DNA of 40,902 nt from Coriobacteriales bacterium. Lineage in GTDB: Bacteria > Actinomycetota > Coriobacteriia > Coriobacteriales > UBA8131. Where the stretch lies: positions 1 through 40,902 of the forward strand of contig JAISGJ010000042.1 in the NCBI GenBank assembly GCA_031263105.1, in the 5' to 3' direction. Position 1 is the stretch's first letter. Every line of letters starts with the position of its first letter. Both the position numbers and the translations under genes were made by a program. Under the pieces are notes generated by a model. It saw only the letters and a program-made list of their open reading frames with translations, had not been told where the DNA came from and searched no databases. This document shows, one piece after another, positions 18,153 to 25,817 of the stretch.

Positions 18153-19460
18153 GAGCAGTGTGGAAAGGAGACGATGGCCGGGGTCGACGAGGAGGCCGGA
18201 GGACCTCGCCTCGGCCTCGGTCAGGCGTTGGGCGGCGTTCGGCGCGATGCCGGGGCCTGCCATGACGAAGGGCACGGGGTCGCTGGTGTGGCGCTTGGTC
18301 GCAAGCGGCGTGGGGTGGTCCGGCAGCGCGAGGATGCGCAGCGGGCGCTCGGCGGCCCAGGAGCGCAGGCGGCCGACGATCTCGCGGTCTATGGCCTCGA
18401 TGGCCCGGCGCTTGCCCTCGACGTTGCCGTCGTGGCCCTCTGCGTCGGGGGACTCCACGTGCACGAACGCCACGTCGTTCTCCCCAAGCATGGCAAGGGC
18501 CCCCTCGCCTTGGGCGGCATAGTCGTTGTCCGGGCCGTCGGTGACGCCTGCGAAGTGGCAGCGCCTGATGCCCGCAAGCTGGGCGATGCCGTTGAGCAGG
18601 TCGACGCCGGAGTTCAGGGCGGCCTGCCTGCCGAAGCGGCCCGAGAAGTCCTCCATGCCCTGGGGACGCACGCCCGGCCAGAACACGGACACGTCGGTCG
18701 CAGGCAGCAGGCCCTGGGCGATGCGGCGCCTGTTGACGGGCGACGCTGCCAGCACCTCTTTGGCCCGCGCCTCGAAGTCCCGGACAAGCTGCGCCTCCGG
18801 GCCGCGCGGCGGATGCTCGGCGACCGGCATGTCGGCTATGTCATGCGCGGCGGAAAACGTCGTCTCCATGAGCGCGGGGTGCCCCGTGACCACGAGATAG
18901 AGGCGAAACCCCGTGCCCTTGTAGAGGGTGAAGGTGTCGTCGTCGAGCGCCGCCTTGAGCTCGTCGCCGAGGGCATGGCCGTCCTCGCTCGAGATGTTGT
19001 CCGTCGAATAGCTGTGCATGACGCCTGCGGGCGTGACGTTCACGAGGTTCACGCGCAGGGCGACCTGGCCGTCCTCTAGGGGGACGCCGAGCGCGGCGAG
19101 CTCCAGCGCGCCACGGCCGATGGGGTAGTCCGCAGGGTCGTAGCCGACGATCGAGGTGCAGGCCACGTTCGAGGAGGGCTCCATGCCCGAAGGGACGTTG
19201 CGGACAAGCCCCACGACGCCCTCGCGTGCAAGGGCATCGAGATGAGGGGTCGAGGCGGCCTCGAGCGTCGTCCTGCCGCCGTAGACCTCGAGCGCGTCGC
19301 CTGCGGCGCCGTCGAGTATCACGACGACCGCACGCAGGGGGCCGCCTTGGGGGGCGCCGGTCGGGGCGTCCTCGGTCAGGGGGGCGTCCTTGGGCGCAGG
19401 GGCGTCCGCGATGAGGCCGCCGTTCGGGGCATCCGTGGACACCGAAGCCTCCTTGGTCAT
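18018..19460 (-). CDS. apgM: Cofactor-independent phosphoglycerate mutase, ApgM/archaeal-type
   Basis: VVILDGAAGD...TTLEAASTPHLDALA, EPSSNVAC, GRGALE, FVHVESPDAEGHDG and LPDHPTP...HTSDPVPF. The ATG at 19460 overlaps the HxlR stop. Confidence 0.88.
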   Translation of the reverse strand: MTKEASVSTDAPNGGLIADAPAPKDAPLTEDAPTGAPQGGPLRAVVVILDGAAGDALEVYGGRTTLEAASTPHLDALAREGVVGLVRNVPSGMEPSSNVACTSIVGYDPADYPIGRGALELAALGVPLEDGQVALRVNLVNVTPAGVMHSYSTDNISSEDGHALGDELKAALDDDTFTLYKGTGFRLYLVVTGHPALMETTFSAAHDIADMPVAEHPPRGPEAQLVRDFEARAKEVLAASPVNRRRIAQGLLPATDVSVFWPGVRPQGMEDFSGRFGRQAALNSGVDLLNGIAQLAGIRRCHFAGVTDGPDNDYAAQGEGALAMLGENDVAFVHVESPDAEGHDGNVEGKRRAIEAIDREIVGRLRSWAAERPLRILALPDHPTPLATKRHTSDPVPFVMAGPGIAPNAAQRLTEAEARSSGLLVDPGHRLLSTLLVHTPLSSRACRGILGRASGRPQAEGPPDLPLDTACPRIPRRGPE

Positions 19461-19846
19461 GAGGGCCTCCTTTGCCACTCGGCATCCCCTTCGAACGACA
19501 TGGAGCAGGTGATGGCGAGGTGGTTGTCGTCCATGTAGGCCGCGCCCCACTGGTACATGGCGTTGAGTATGGGCTTGAGGCTCAGCCCGAACTCCGTCAG
19601 CGAGTACTCGACCTTGGGCGGCACCACGGGGTAGACGGTGCGGGTCACGAGGCTGTCGCCCTCCAGCTCGCGCAGCTGCTGGGTGAGCATCTTGGGGGTC
19701 GCCTGCACGATGAGCTTCTGGAGCTCGCCGAAGCGCAGGGTCTGCTGGGCGAGGTGCCAGAGTATGAGCGTCTTGTACTTGCCGCCTATGAGGCGGATGG
19801 TCGCGTCTACCGGACAGTTGAGGTTGCGGTGGTCGCAACATCCCAT
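19457..19846 (-). CDS. HxlR/DUF24-family winged-helix regulator with Cys-rich N-terminus
   Basis: CPVDATIRLIGGKYKTLILWHL, LRFGEL, KMLTQQLRELE and YPVVPPKVEYSLT; AAGGAGG RBS. Confidence 0.93.
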   Translation of the reverse strand: MGCCDHRNLNCPVDATIRLIGGKYKTLILWHLAQQTLRFGELQKLIVQATPKMLTQQLRELEGDSLVTRTVYPVVPPKVEYSLTEFGLSLKPILNAMYQWGAAYMDDNHLAITCSMSFEGDAEWQRRPS

Positions 19847-19887
19847 GGTGCCTCCTTTGGGCGGGGCGGGGCGGGGCGGGGCGGCTC

Positions 19888-19935
19888 ATAGTATAAAATC
19901 GATAGTATCTTTCCTCTATGTGCCTACTTGCGTAT
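19888..19935. promoter_or_regulatory. AT-rich divergent promoter with HxlR-type operator
   Basis: TAGTATC-N-GTGCCTACTTG (19903-19930) resembles operators recalled from upstream of HxlR/DUF24 genes. ATAGTAT occurs twice, and a -35-like TTGCGT is at 19928. Confidence 0.5.
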
Positions 19936-19981
19936 TCTATAGCATATGGTTCAATAGGACAAGACAGGAACGACCGAGGAC

Positions 19982-21340
19982 GTGACGATGGCGAAGGCAG
20001 GACGACAGAGGAGAGGCGCGGCAAAGGGGCGAAGGGGCGCACCGCCTGCGGCCACGCCTGCGCCTGCGGCCACAGGCAGCCGCAGGGAGGCCACACGCCG
20101 TCTCGCGGGGCTTGCCGTCCTCGTCCTCGCCCTCTTCCTCGTCGCGCAGGCCTCCGGCCTCGGCCGCACACTCAACTCCTTCCCCCTCGTGAGCGAGGGC
20201 ATGGGATACGCCATGCTCTTCGTCATAGGGCTGCTCACCTCCCTGCACTGCGTGGCGATGTGCGGGGGCATCAACCTCTCGCAAACGATAGGGCGCACGG
20301 GGCAGGGAGACGGCACGAGGGCCGGCGGCGGCGCAGGTCCCTGCGACGACGCACGGCCCGGCGACAGCCCAACGCCCGGCGGCGGCACGGGGCAGCCGCC
20401 CTCAGAGGCGGCGCGGCCCGTACCCACGCCCGTACCCACGCCCGTACCCACGTCCGCCCGCACGTCCGCCCGCAGAGCGCTGCGGCCGTCCCTGCTGTAC
20501 AACGCAGGGCGCGTCGTCTCCTACACCCTCGTCGGCGGCCTCGTGGGGGCGGCAGGGTCGGTGGTGGCCCTCGACGGCTTCTTCAAGGGCGTCGTGCAGC
20601 TTGCCGCCGGCGTGTTCATGGTGATAATGGCGCTCATCCTGCTCGGGGCCGGCCCGTGGCTGCGGCAGTTCAACATCGCGCCGCCCCGGGCGCTCGCCGC
20701 GCTCGTGGATCGGAGGCGCACCCGGAGCAAGAGCCCGCTGGTGGTCGGCCTGCTCAACGGCCTCATGCCCTGCGGCCCGCTCCAAGCCATGCAGCTGTAC
20801 GCCCTCTCGACCGGCAGCGCCCTCGTCGGGGCGCTCTCGATGCTCGCCTTCTCGCTGGGCACGGTGCCGCTGATGTTCGGGCTGGGGGCGGCAGGGTCGC
20901 TGCTCTCCCGCCGCTTCACACGCAGCGCCACGACCGCAGGCGCGGTGCTCGTCGCCGTCCTCGGACTGTTCATGTTCTCGACCGGCTGGAACCTCTCCGG
21001 CCTCCCCTCCCCCTTCGACGCCCTGCCGGGCGCCGCCGCGCCCGCAGGCAACACGGCGGTCGTCGAGGGCGGGTACCAAGTCGTGACGAACACGCTCGAG
21101 CCGGGCGCCTACCCCGCCATCACCGTCCAGGCGGGCGTGCCGCTCAAATGGAACATCCAAGCCACCGACGACGCCATCAACGGCTGCAACAACCGCATGT
21201 CCATCCCCGAGTACGGCGTCGAGCATGCCTTCGTGGAGGGCGACAACCTCATCGAGTTCACGCCCACCAAGCCCGGCCGCTACGTCTACAGCTGCTGGAT
21301 GGGGATGATACGCGGAACCATCAACGTCGTGGCGACGTGA
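19982..21340 (+). CDS. DsbD_2/TauE-like membrane protein with C-terminal cupredoxin-like domain (metal/redox homeostasis)
   Basis: TSLHCVAMCGG, YNAGRVVSY, GLLNGLMPCGPLQAMQ, FSLGTVP and C-terminal GCNN...FTPTKPG...YSCWMGM. Start is GTG 19982 or ATG 19988. Confidence 0.85.
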   Translation: MTMAKAGRQRRGAAKGRRGAPPAATPAPAATGSRREATRRLAGLAVLVLALFLVAQASGLGRTLNSFPLVSEGMGYAMLFVIGLLTSLHCVAMCGGINLSQTIGRTGQGDGTRAGGGAGPCDDARPGDSPTPGGGTGQPPSEAARPVPTPVPTPVPTSARTSARRALRPSLLYNAGRVVSYTLVGGLVGAAGSVVALDGFFKGVVQLAAGVFMVIMALILLGAGPWLRQFNIAPPRALAALVDRRRTRSKSPLVVGLLNGLMPCGPLQAMQLYALSTGSALVGALSMLAFSLGTVPLMFGLGAAGSLLSRRFTRSATTAGAVLVAVLGLFMFSTGWNLSGLPSPFDALPGAAAPAGNTAVVEGGYQVVTNTLEPGAYPAITVQAGVPLKWNIQATDDAINGCNNRMSIPEYGVEHAFVEGDNLIEFTPTKPGRYVYSCWMGMIRGTINVVAT

Positions 21341-21396
21341 GGCAGACGGGGCGGAGGAGGAATCCGCAGCCGCAAAAAGGGTCGACGGCGGGGAGA

Positions 21397-21442
21397 ACCA
21401 CCCCGCCCCCCTGCGGGGGGCACCCCTCCGAAGGAGGGGAAT
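21397..21442. repeat. Double-hairpin REP-like element, intergenic copy
   Basis: ACCACCCCGCCCCCCTGCGGGGGGCACCCCTCCGAAGGAGGGGAAT; a near-identical copy lies at 23563-23604. Confidence 0.85.
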
Positions 21443-21498
21443 TGGACAACCGGACAATGCGAATGGGAACGCATAGACAACAGGAAGGCGAAACAACG

Positions 21499-22071
21499 AT
21501 GGCTAAGAGCATGATGAGAAAAAGGGCTGTGGCGCTCGGATGCATCGGTGCGCTTCTCGCGATGCTCGTGGGGCTGCCCGCCTGCGATGCGGCAGGGCCG
21601 GGCGCGCAGGCGGACGCAAACGCGGACGCAAACGGCGGCACGCAGGCCGCGCAAACCGACCGGCCAGCCGCTGCGGACACGAACCGCGCCGCAGCGACGC
21701 CCAGCGGCGAGGATGTCGTCATCCCCCTTGCCGACATCACAGAGCAGGCACGCTTCTACCCCGCCGACGTCGAAGGCACCGCCCTCGAGGTGCTGGCCGT
21801 CAAGGCGCCCGACGGCAGCGTCCGCACGGCCTTCAACACCTGTCAGGTCTGCTTCGACTCCGGGCGGGGCTATTACGTGCAAGAAGGCGACGTGCTCGTC
21901 TGCCAGAACTGCGGCAACCGCTTCGCCCTGGAGGACGTGGAGATACAGACGGGCGGCTGCAACCCCGTGCCCATCTTCGAGGGAGACAAGGCCACGGGCG
22001 CAGAGGAGATCGTCGTGCCCGCCGAGACCCTGGCAGCGGCAAAACCGCTCTTTGCCGACTGGAAGCGCTGA
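21499..22071 (+). CDS. DUF2318/FtrD-like Cys-rich (Fe-S or metal-binding) lipoprotein
   Basis: Signal peptide with LPAC lipobox; RTAFNTCQVC...GYYVQEGDVLVCQNCGNRF...GGCNPVP. ATG at 21499 after GGAAGG. Confidence 0.82.
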   Translation: MAKSMMRKRAVALGCIGALLAMLVGLPACDAAGPGAQADANADANGGTQAAQTDRPAAADTNRAAATPSGEDVVIPLADITEQARFYPADVEGTALEVLAVKAPDGSVRTAFNTCQVCFDSGRGYYVQEGDVLVCQNCGNRFALEDVEIQTGGCNPVPIFEGDKATGAEEIVVPAETLAAAKPLFADWKR

Positions 22072-22080
22072 GGCGCGGCC

Positions 22081-24600
22081 ATGGCAACGACTTTGAGCAC
22101 CTTGGGCATACCGGTCGGAGGGATGACCTGCGCGGTCTGTGCGCAGCGCGTCGAGAAGGCGCTCGGGGCGGTCGCGGGCGTCGAGGCGGTCGCGGTCAAC
22201 TTCGCCACTGAGAAGGCGACCGTGACCTTCGACGCAGACGCCGTGCGCCCCGCCGCCCTGCGCGAGGCGATAGAGAAGGCGGGCTACCGGGCGCTCTCAG
22301 GCTCGCTGGCCGGCTCCCTTGAGGAGGACCGCGACCGCAGGCGGCAGGAGCTGCGTGCGATGTGGACGCGGTTCGTCGTCGCGGCGGCCTTCGCGCTGCC
22401 GCTGTTCTACCTCGCCATGGCCCCCATGATCCCCGGCTCTCCCCTGCCCGTCCCCGGCTCGCTCGACCCCATGGCGCACCCCGAGCGCTACGCGCTGGCG
22501 GAGCTTCTCCTCGTCCTGCCCATCATCGGCGTGGGCCGCCGCTTCTACACGGTCGGCTTCTCCTCGCTGCTGAGGCGCAGCCCCAACATGGACACGCTCG
22601 TCGCCGTCGGCACGGCAGCGGCCTTCCTCTTCAGCCTCTACCACGTCATAGGCATCCTCCTCGGCGACGAGCATCAGCAGATGCAGTACGTCGAGTCGCT
22701 GTACTTCGAGACCGCCGGGATGATAATCACGCTCATACTGCTCGGCAAGACGCTCGAAGCCGTCTCGAAGGGCCGCGCGGGCGAGGCGATCAAGCGCCTC
22801 ATGGGCCTCGCGCCGAAAAGCGCCTTCGTGCTGGTGGGCGGCATCGAGACCGAAAGGCCCATCGACGAGGTCGAGCCCGGGGACACCATCGTGGTCAAGC
22901 CGGGCGGACGCATCCCCGTCGACGGGACCGTGCTCGAAGGACGCACCGCCATCGACGAGTCCATGCTCACAGGCGAGAGCATGCCCGTGGACAAGCAGAC
23001 CGGCGACGCCGTCTACGCCGCGTCGCTGAACACGAGCGGCAGCATCGTCTTTCGTGCGGAGAAGGTCGGGGCGGACACGGCGCTCGCCCATATCGTCCAG
23101 CTCGTGGAGAGCGCCCAGGGGGCCAAAGCGCCCATCAACCGCCTCGCCGACGTGGTGGCGGGCTACTTCGTGCCCATCGTCTGCGGCATCGCGCTCGTCG
23201 TCGGCGTCGCCTGGTACCTCGCGGTGACCGTCGGCGGCTTCCCTCTGCCCATGGGCAAGACGCCCGTCGAGTTCGCGCTGCTCGTCGCCATCTCCGTCCT
23301 CGTCATCGCCTGCCCCTGCGCACTGGGCCTCGCCACGCCCACCGCCATCATGGTCGGCACCGGCAAAGGCGCCGAGATGGGCATCCTCATCAAGAGCGGC
23401 GAGGGCCTCGAAGTGGCGCACTCCCTCCAGACCGTCGTGCTCGACAAGACCGGCACCGTGACCGAGGGCCGCCCCTCCGTCATCGACGTCATCGTCTGCG
23501 GGGAGAAGGGCGAAGACGTATCGCCCACATCGAGGACGGCGGAGTCGAAAGCGACGGTGGAGACCACCCCGCCCCTTCGGGGCACCCCTCCGAAGGAGGG
23601 GAATAAGGGCGAGCATGCCGGAGCCGCAGCCGTCCCGCATGCCCCGGACGCAGATGACGCGCAGGCGACAGGGGCCGCGCAAGGCGCAGCGGCGGACGCA
23701 GACGCCCCCGGCACGCAGGCCGCAGAGGCCGACCGCCTCCTCGCCCTCGCCGCGACCGCCGAGCGGGGCTCCGAGCATCCGCTGGGACAGGCGCTCGTCG
23801 CCGAGGCGCAGAGGCGCTCGCTTGAGCTGGGGCGGACGGACGCCTTCGAGTCGTTGGCAGGACAGGGCGTCAGCGCGACCATCGACGGGCTGCAGGTGCT
23901 CATCGGCAACCGCGCCCTCATGGAGGGGCACGGGGTCGCGATGGAGGGCCTCGGCCCCCTCGCGGACACGCTCGCAGCAGAGGGCAAGACCCCCATGTAC
24001 ATCGCCGTCAATCACGGGATGGCAGGCATCGTCACCGTCGCAGACACGGTGAAGCCCACGAGCGCCGCCGCCATCGAGCGCCTGCAATCCATGGGAGTCA
24101 AGGTCACGCTGCTGACGGGCGACAACGAGAGAACCGCGCTTGCCATCGCCTCGTCGCTCGGCATCGACGACGTGCGCGCCGAGGTTCTCCCCAAAGACAA
24201 GGCCCAAGAGGTCGCGGCGCAGCAGGCGAACGGCAGAAAGGTCGCGATGGTGGGCGACGGCATCAACGACGCGCCGGCGCTCGTCAAGGCCGACCTCGGC
24301 ATCGCCATCGGTTCGGGGACGGACGTCGCCATCGAGAGCGCCGATATCGTCCTCATGCACTCCGACCTCATGGACGTGCCCCGCGCCATCGCCCTCTCAA
24401 GGCGGACGATGCGCACCATCCGGCAGAACCTGTTCTGGGCCTTCGGCTACAACGTGGTGGGCATCCCCGTCGCCGCCGGCCTCCTCTACCTCTTCGGCGG
24501 CCCGCTCCTCAGCCCCATCATCGCCGCCGCCTGCATGAGCTTAAGCTCCGTCTCCGTCCTCACCAACGCGCTGCGCCTCCGCCGCTACCGCTTCGAGTAA
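22081..24600 (+). CDS. copA: Cu(I)-translocating P1B-type ATPase
   Basis: GMTCAVC HMA domain, TGES, CPC, DKTGT, SEHP, TGDN, GDGINDAP, YN and MSLSS motifs. Confidence 0.93.
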   Translation: MATTLSTLGIPVGGMTCAVCAQRVEKALGAVAGVEAVAVNFATEKATVTFDADAVRPAALREAIEKAGYRALSGSLAGSLEEDRDRRRQELRAMWTRFVVAAAFALPLFYLAMAPMIPGSPLPVPGSLDPMAHPERYALAELLLVLPIIGVGRRFYTVGFSSLLRRSPNMDTLVAVGTAAAFLFSLYHVIGILLGDEHQQMQYVESLYFETAGMIITLILLGKTLEAVSKGRAGEAIKRLMGLAPKSAFVLVGGIETERPIDEVEPGDTIVVKPGGRIPVDGTVLEGRTAIDESMLTGESMPVDKQTGDAVYAASLNTSGSIVFRAEKVGADTALAHIVQLVESAQGAKAPINRLADVVAGYFVPIVCGIALVVGVAWYLAVTVGGFPLPMGKTPVEFALLVAISVLVIACPCALGLATPTAIMVGTGKGAEMGILIKSGEGLEVAHSLQTVVLDKTGTVTEGRPSVIDVIVCGEKGEDVSPTSRTAESKATVETTPPLRGTPPKEGNKGEHAGAAAVPHAPDADDAQATGAAQGAAADADAPGTQAAEADRLLALAATAERGSEHPLGQALVAEAQRRSLELGRTDAFESLAGQGVSATIDGLQVLIGNRALMEGHGVAMEGLGPLADTLAAEGKTPMYIAVNHGMAGIVTVADTVKPTSAAAIERLQSMGVKVTLLTGDNERTALAIASSLGIDDVRAEVLPKDKAQEVAAQQANGRKVAMVGDGINDAPALVKADLGIAIGSGTDVAIESADIVLMHSDLMDVPRAIALSRRTMRTIRQNLFWAFGYNVVGIPVAAGLLYLFGGPLLSPIIAAACMSLSSVSVLTNALRLRRYRFE
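23563..23604. repeat. Double-hairpin REP-like element in frame inside copA
   Basis: ACCACCCCGCCCCTTCGGGGCACCCCTCCGAAGGAGGGGAAT, translated as TTPPLRGTPPKEGN; same family as 21397-21442. Confidence 0.85.
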
Positions 24601-24619
24601 GGCGGGCGCGGCAGGCACC

Positions 24620-24850
24620 TCATCGACCGAGCATCTCTGCGCTCGTCATCTCCCAGTCCGAGCCGACCTCGATGCGACCGACGCCCGCAAGCACCCCGAG
24701 CTTTATCTCCGTCGGCTCGTCGTAAGGCACGATCTTGGCGACAGGCGTCCGCCTGCGGCCATAGACCACGCCGAAGGACCTGCCCTTCTGCACCTCACTG
24801 AGTATCTCCGAGAACTCGGCCCTGACCTCCGCGACGGTGAGTTCCTGCAT
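24620..24850 (-). CDS. Phd/YefM-family antitoxin (orphan)
   Basis: MQELTVAEVRAEFSEILSEVQKG...YGRRRTPVAKIVP...KLGVL. GGAG RBS, upstream TTGACA (24903-24908 minus) and a TAGTACTA palindrome. Confidence 0.8.
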   Translation of the reverse strand: MQELTVAEVRAEFSEILSEVQKGRSFGVVYGRRRTPVAKIVPYDEPTEIKLGVLAGVGRIEVGSDWEMTSAEMLGR

Positions 24851-24913
24851 GGCGGCTCCAGACCCTTGGGTGCGTGACTGCCATATGTATTCTAGTACTA
24901 CTTGTCAAATCAC

Positions 24914-25288
24914 CTATCCAGCTTAACAAGCGCCGTATGACTGCCAAGGGTTACTCACATCCCACTGTCATTCCGAGCGCAGCGAAGCGAAGCCGAGGAA
25001 TCTTCGGCTGCGAAGCAGCCGACCGCAGGTTGAAGCGTCTCTCAGCCACAGTTGGTCGCCTCGCGTTCCGTGGGCCTGTCAGCCCGTTCTCGCTGAAACG
25101 CGGTCTGGCCGAACTGTTTGCCGGGCGCTCAAACCCAAGGATCCCTCGGCTACGGGGCTTCGCCCCTCCGCTCGGGATGACAGAGTGTGAACGGTAATTT
25201 CCCTTCTATAGAGAAATGGCGGAAGACAGCCCCACCTGAGAGCTTCGCGTATGCTATCCAGCTTAACGGGCACCGCATGAATGCCAAG
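24914..25288 (+). repeat. 35-bp imperfect direct repeats bracketing the palindromic element
   Basis: CTATCCAGCTTAACAAGCGCCGTATGACTGCCAAG (24914-24948) and CTATCCAGCTTAACGGGCACCGCATGAATGCCAAG (25254-25288) match at 30/35 positions. Confidence 0.8.
24949..25197. repeat. Palindromic element (TGTCATTCCG...CGGGATGACA family), copy 2, MITE/RPE-like
   Basis: CTGTCATTCCGAGCG...AGCCGAGGAATC (from 24965) is inverted with GATCCCTCGGCT...CGCTCGGGATGACAG (to 25183). The outer TTAC...TCACA ends resemble copy 1. Confidence 0.85.
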
Positions 25289-25303
25289 AAAACATCAAAG
25301 CAC

Positions 25304-25462
25304 TGTCAAAAGGTGTAGGTTTTGATAGAGGGCCTTCTTGGGGAGGGCGGCACAAAAGGATGCAGATTTCTGCAAGAATTAGGGGCAAATGCTGTGAATG
25401 TGGTATGATGCGGGACGAGAGTTGGGATATGGGGCAACTATCAAAACCTACACCTTTTGACA
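25304..25462. mobile_element. 159-bp cassette with perfect 25-bp terminal inverted repeats (MITE or invertible promoter)
   Basis: TGTCAAAAGGTGTAGGTTTTGATAG (25304-25328) is the exact reverse complement of 25438-25462. Ends are TGT...ACA, and an extended -10, TGGTATGAT, lies inside at 25401-25409. Confidence 0.7.
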
Positions 25463-25556
25463 ATGGCTGCCCCGTTGCAAAACCTCGGTGTCGGAATCGG
25501 CACAGACTGTCGGCGGTTGTCACCGAAAGCTCGTTCAAAAGAAGGAAGTGATAGGT

Positions 25557-25805
25557 ATGGTGGCGTCATCAACCATGGGCAGTCGACTGTTCAAGCTGTG
25601 TGTGGCAACAATAGTGGCCATCGCAATGTTGGTTACGATGTCGATGCCAACGGCGGCGTATGCCGATAATCGATTGGCGTCTAAACCAGTACTCGACATA
25701 AGGCAGCTAGATGGGGATACTAGTGGCAATATCACAATTGACGATATTTTACTTGTATATTTTTACACCACTATTTTCAAAATAAGCCATCTACCTGCGG
25801 CTTAA
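25557..25805 (+). pseudogene. Short, probably truncated secreted-protein gene (signal peptide plus one dockerin/EF-hand-like loop)
   Basis: AAGGAAG RBS and a Sec signal ending TAAYA, then DGDTSGNITIDDILLV. It stops after 82 aa, converging on guaA, and is AT-rich relative to its neighbours. Confidence 0.5.
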
Positions 25806-25817
25806 CACCACCGCGCA

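Noticed and set aside
18018..22071. 717-aa ORFs 18018-20171 (-) and 19918-22071 (+) as large fusion proteins
   Set aside because: Their N-terminal parts are Arg/Pro-rich off-frame read-through across other genes. The real starts are 19460 (apgM) and 21499 (DUF2318-like), each with RBS or overlap support.
24874..25551. Small ORFs 24874-25197, 25079-25273, 25263-25538 and 25360-25551 as genes
   Set aside because: They are translations of palindromic or IR elements (e.g. the mirrored SKPTPFD/SKGVGFD peptides) without RBS or domain support.
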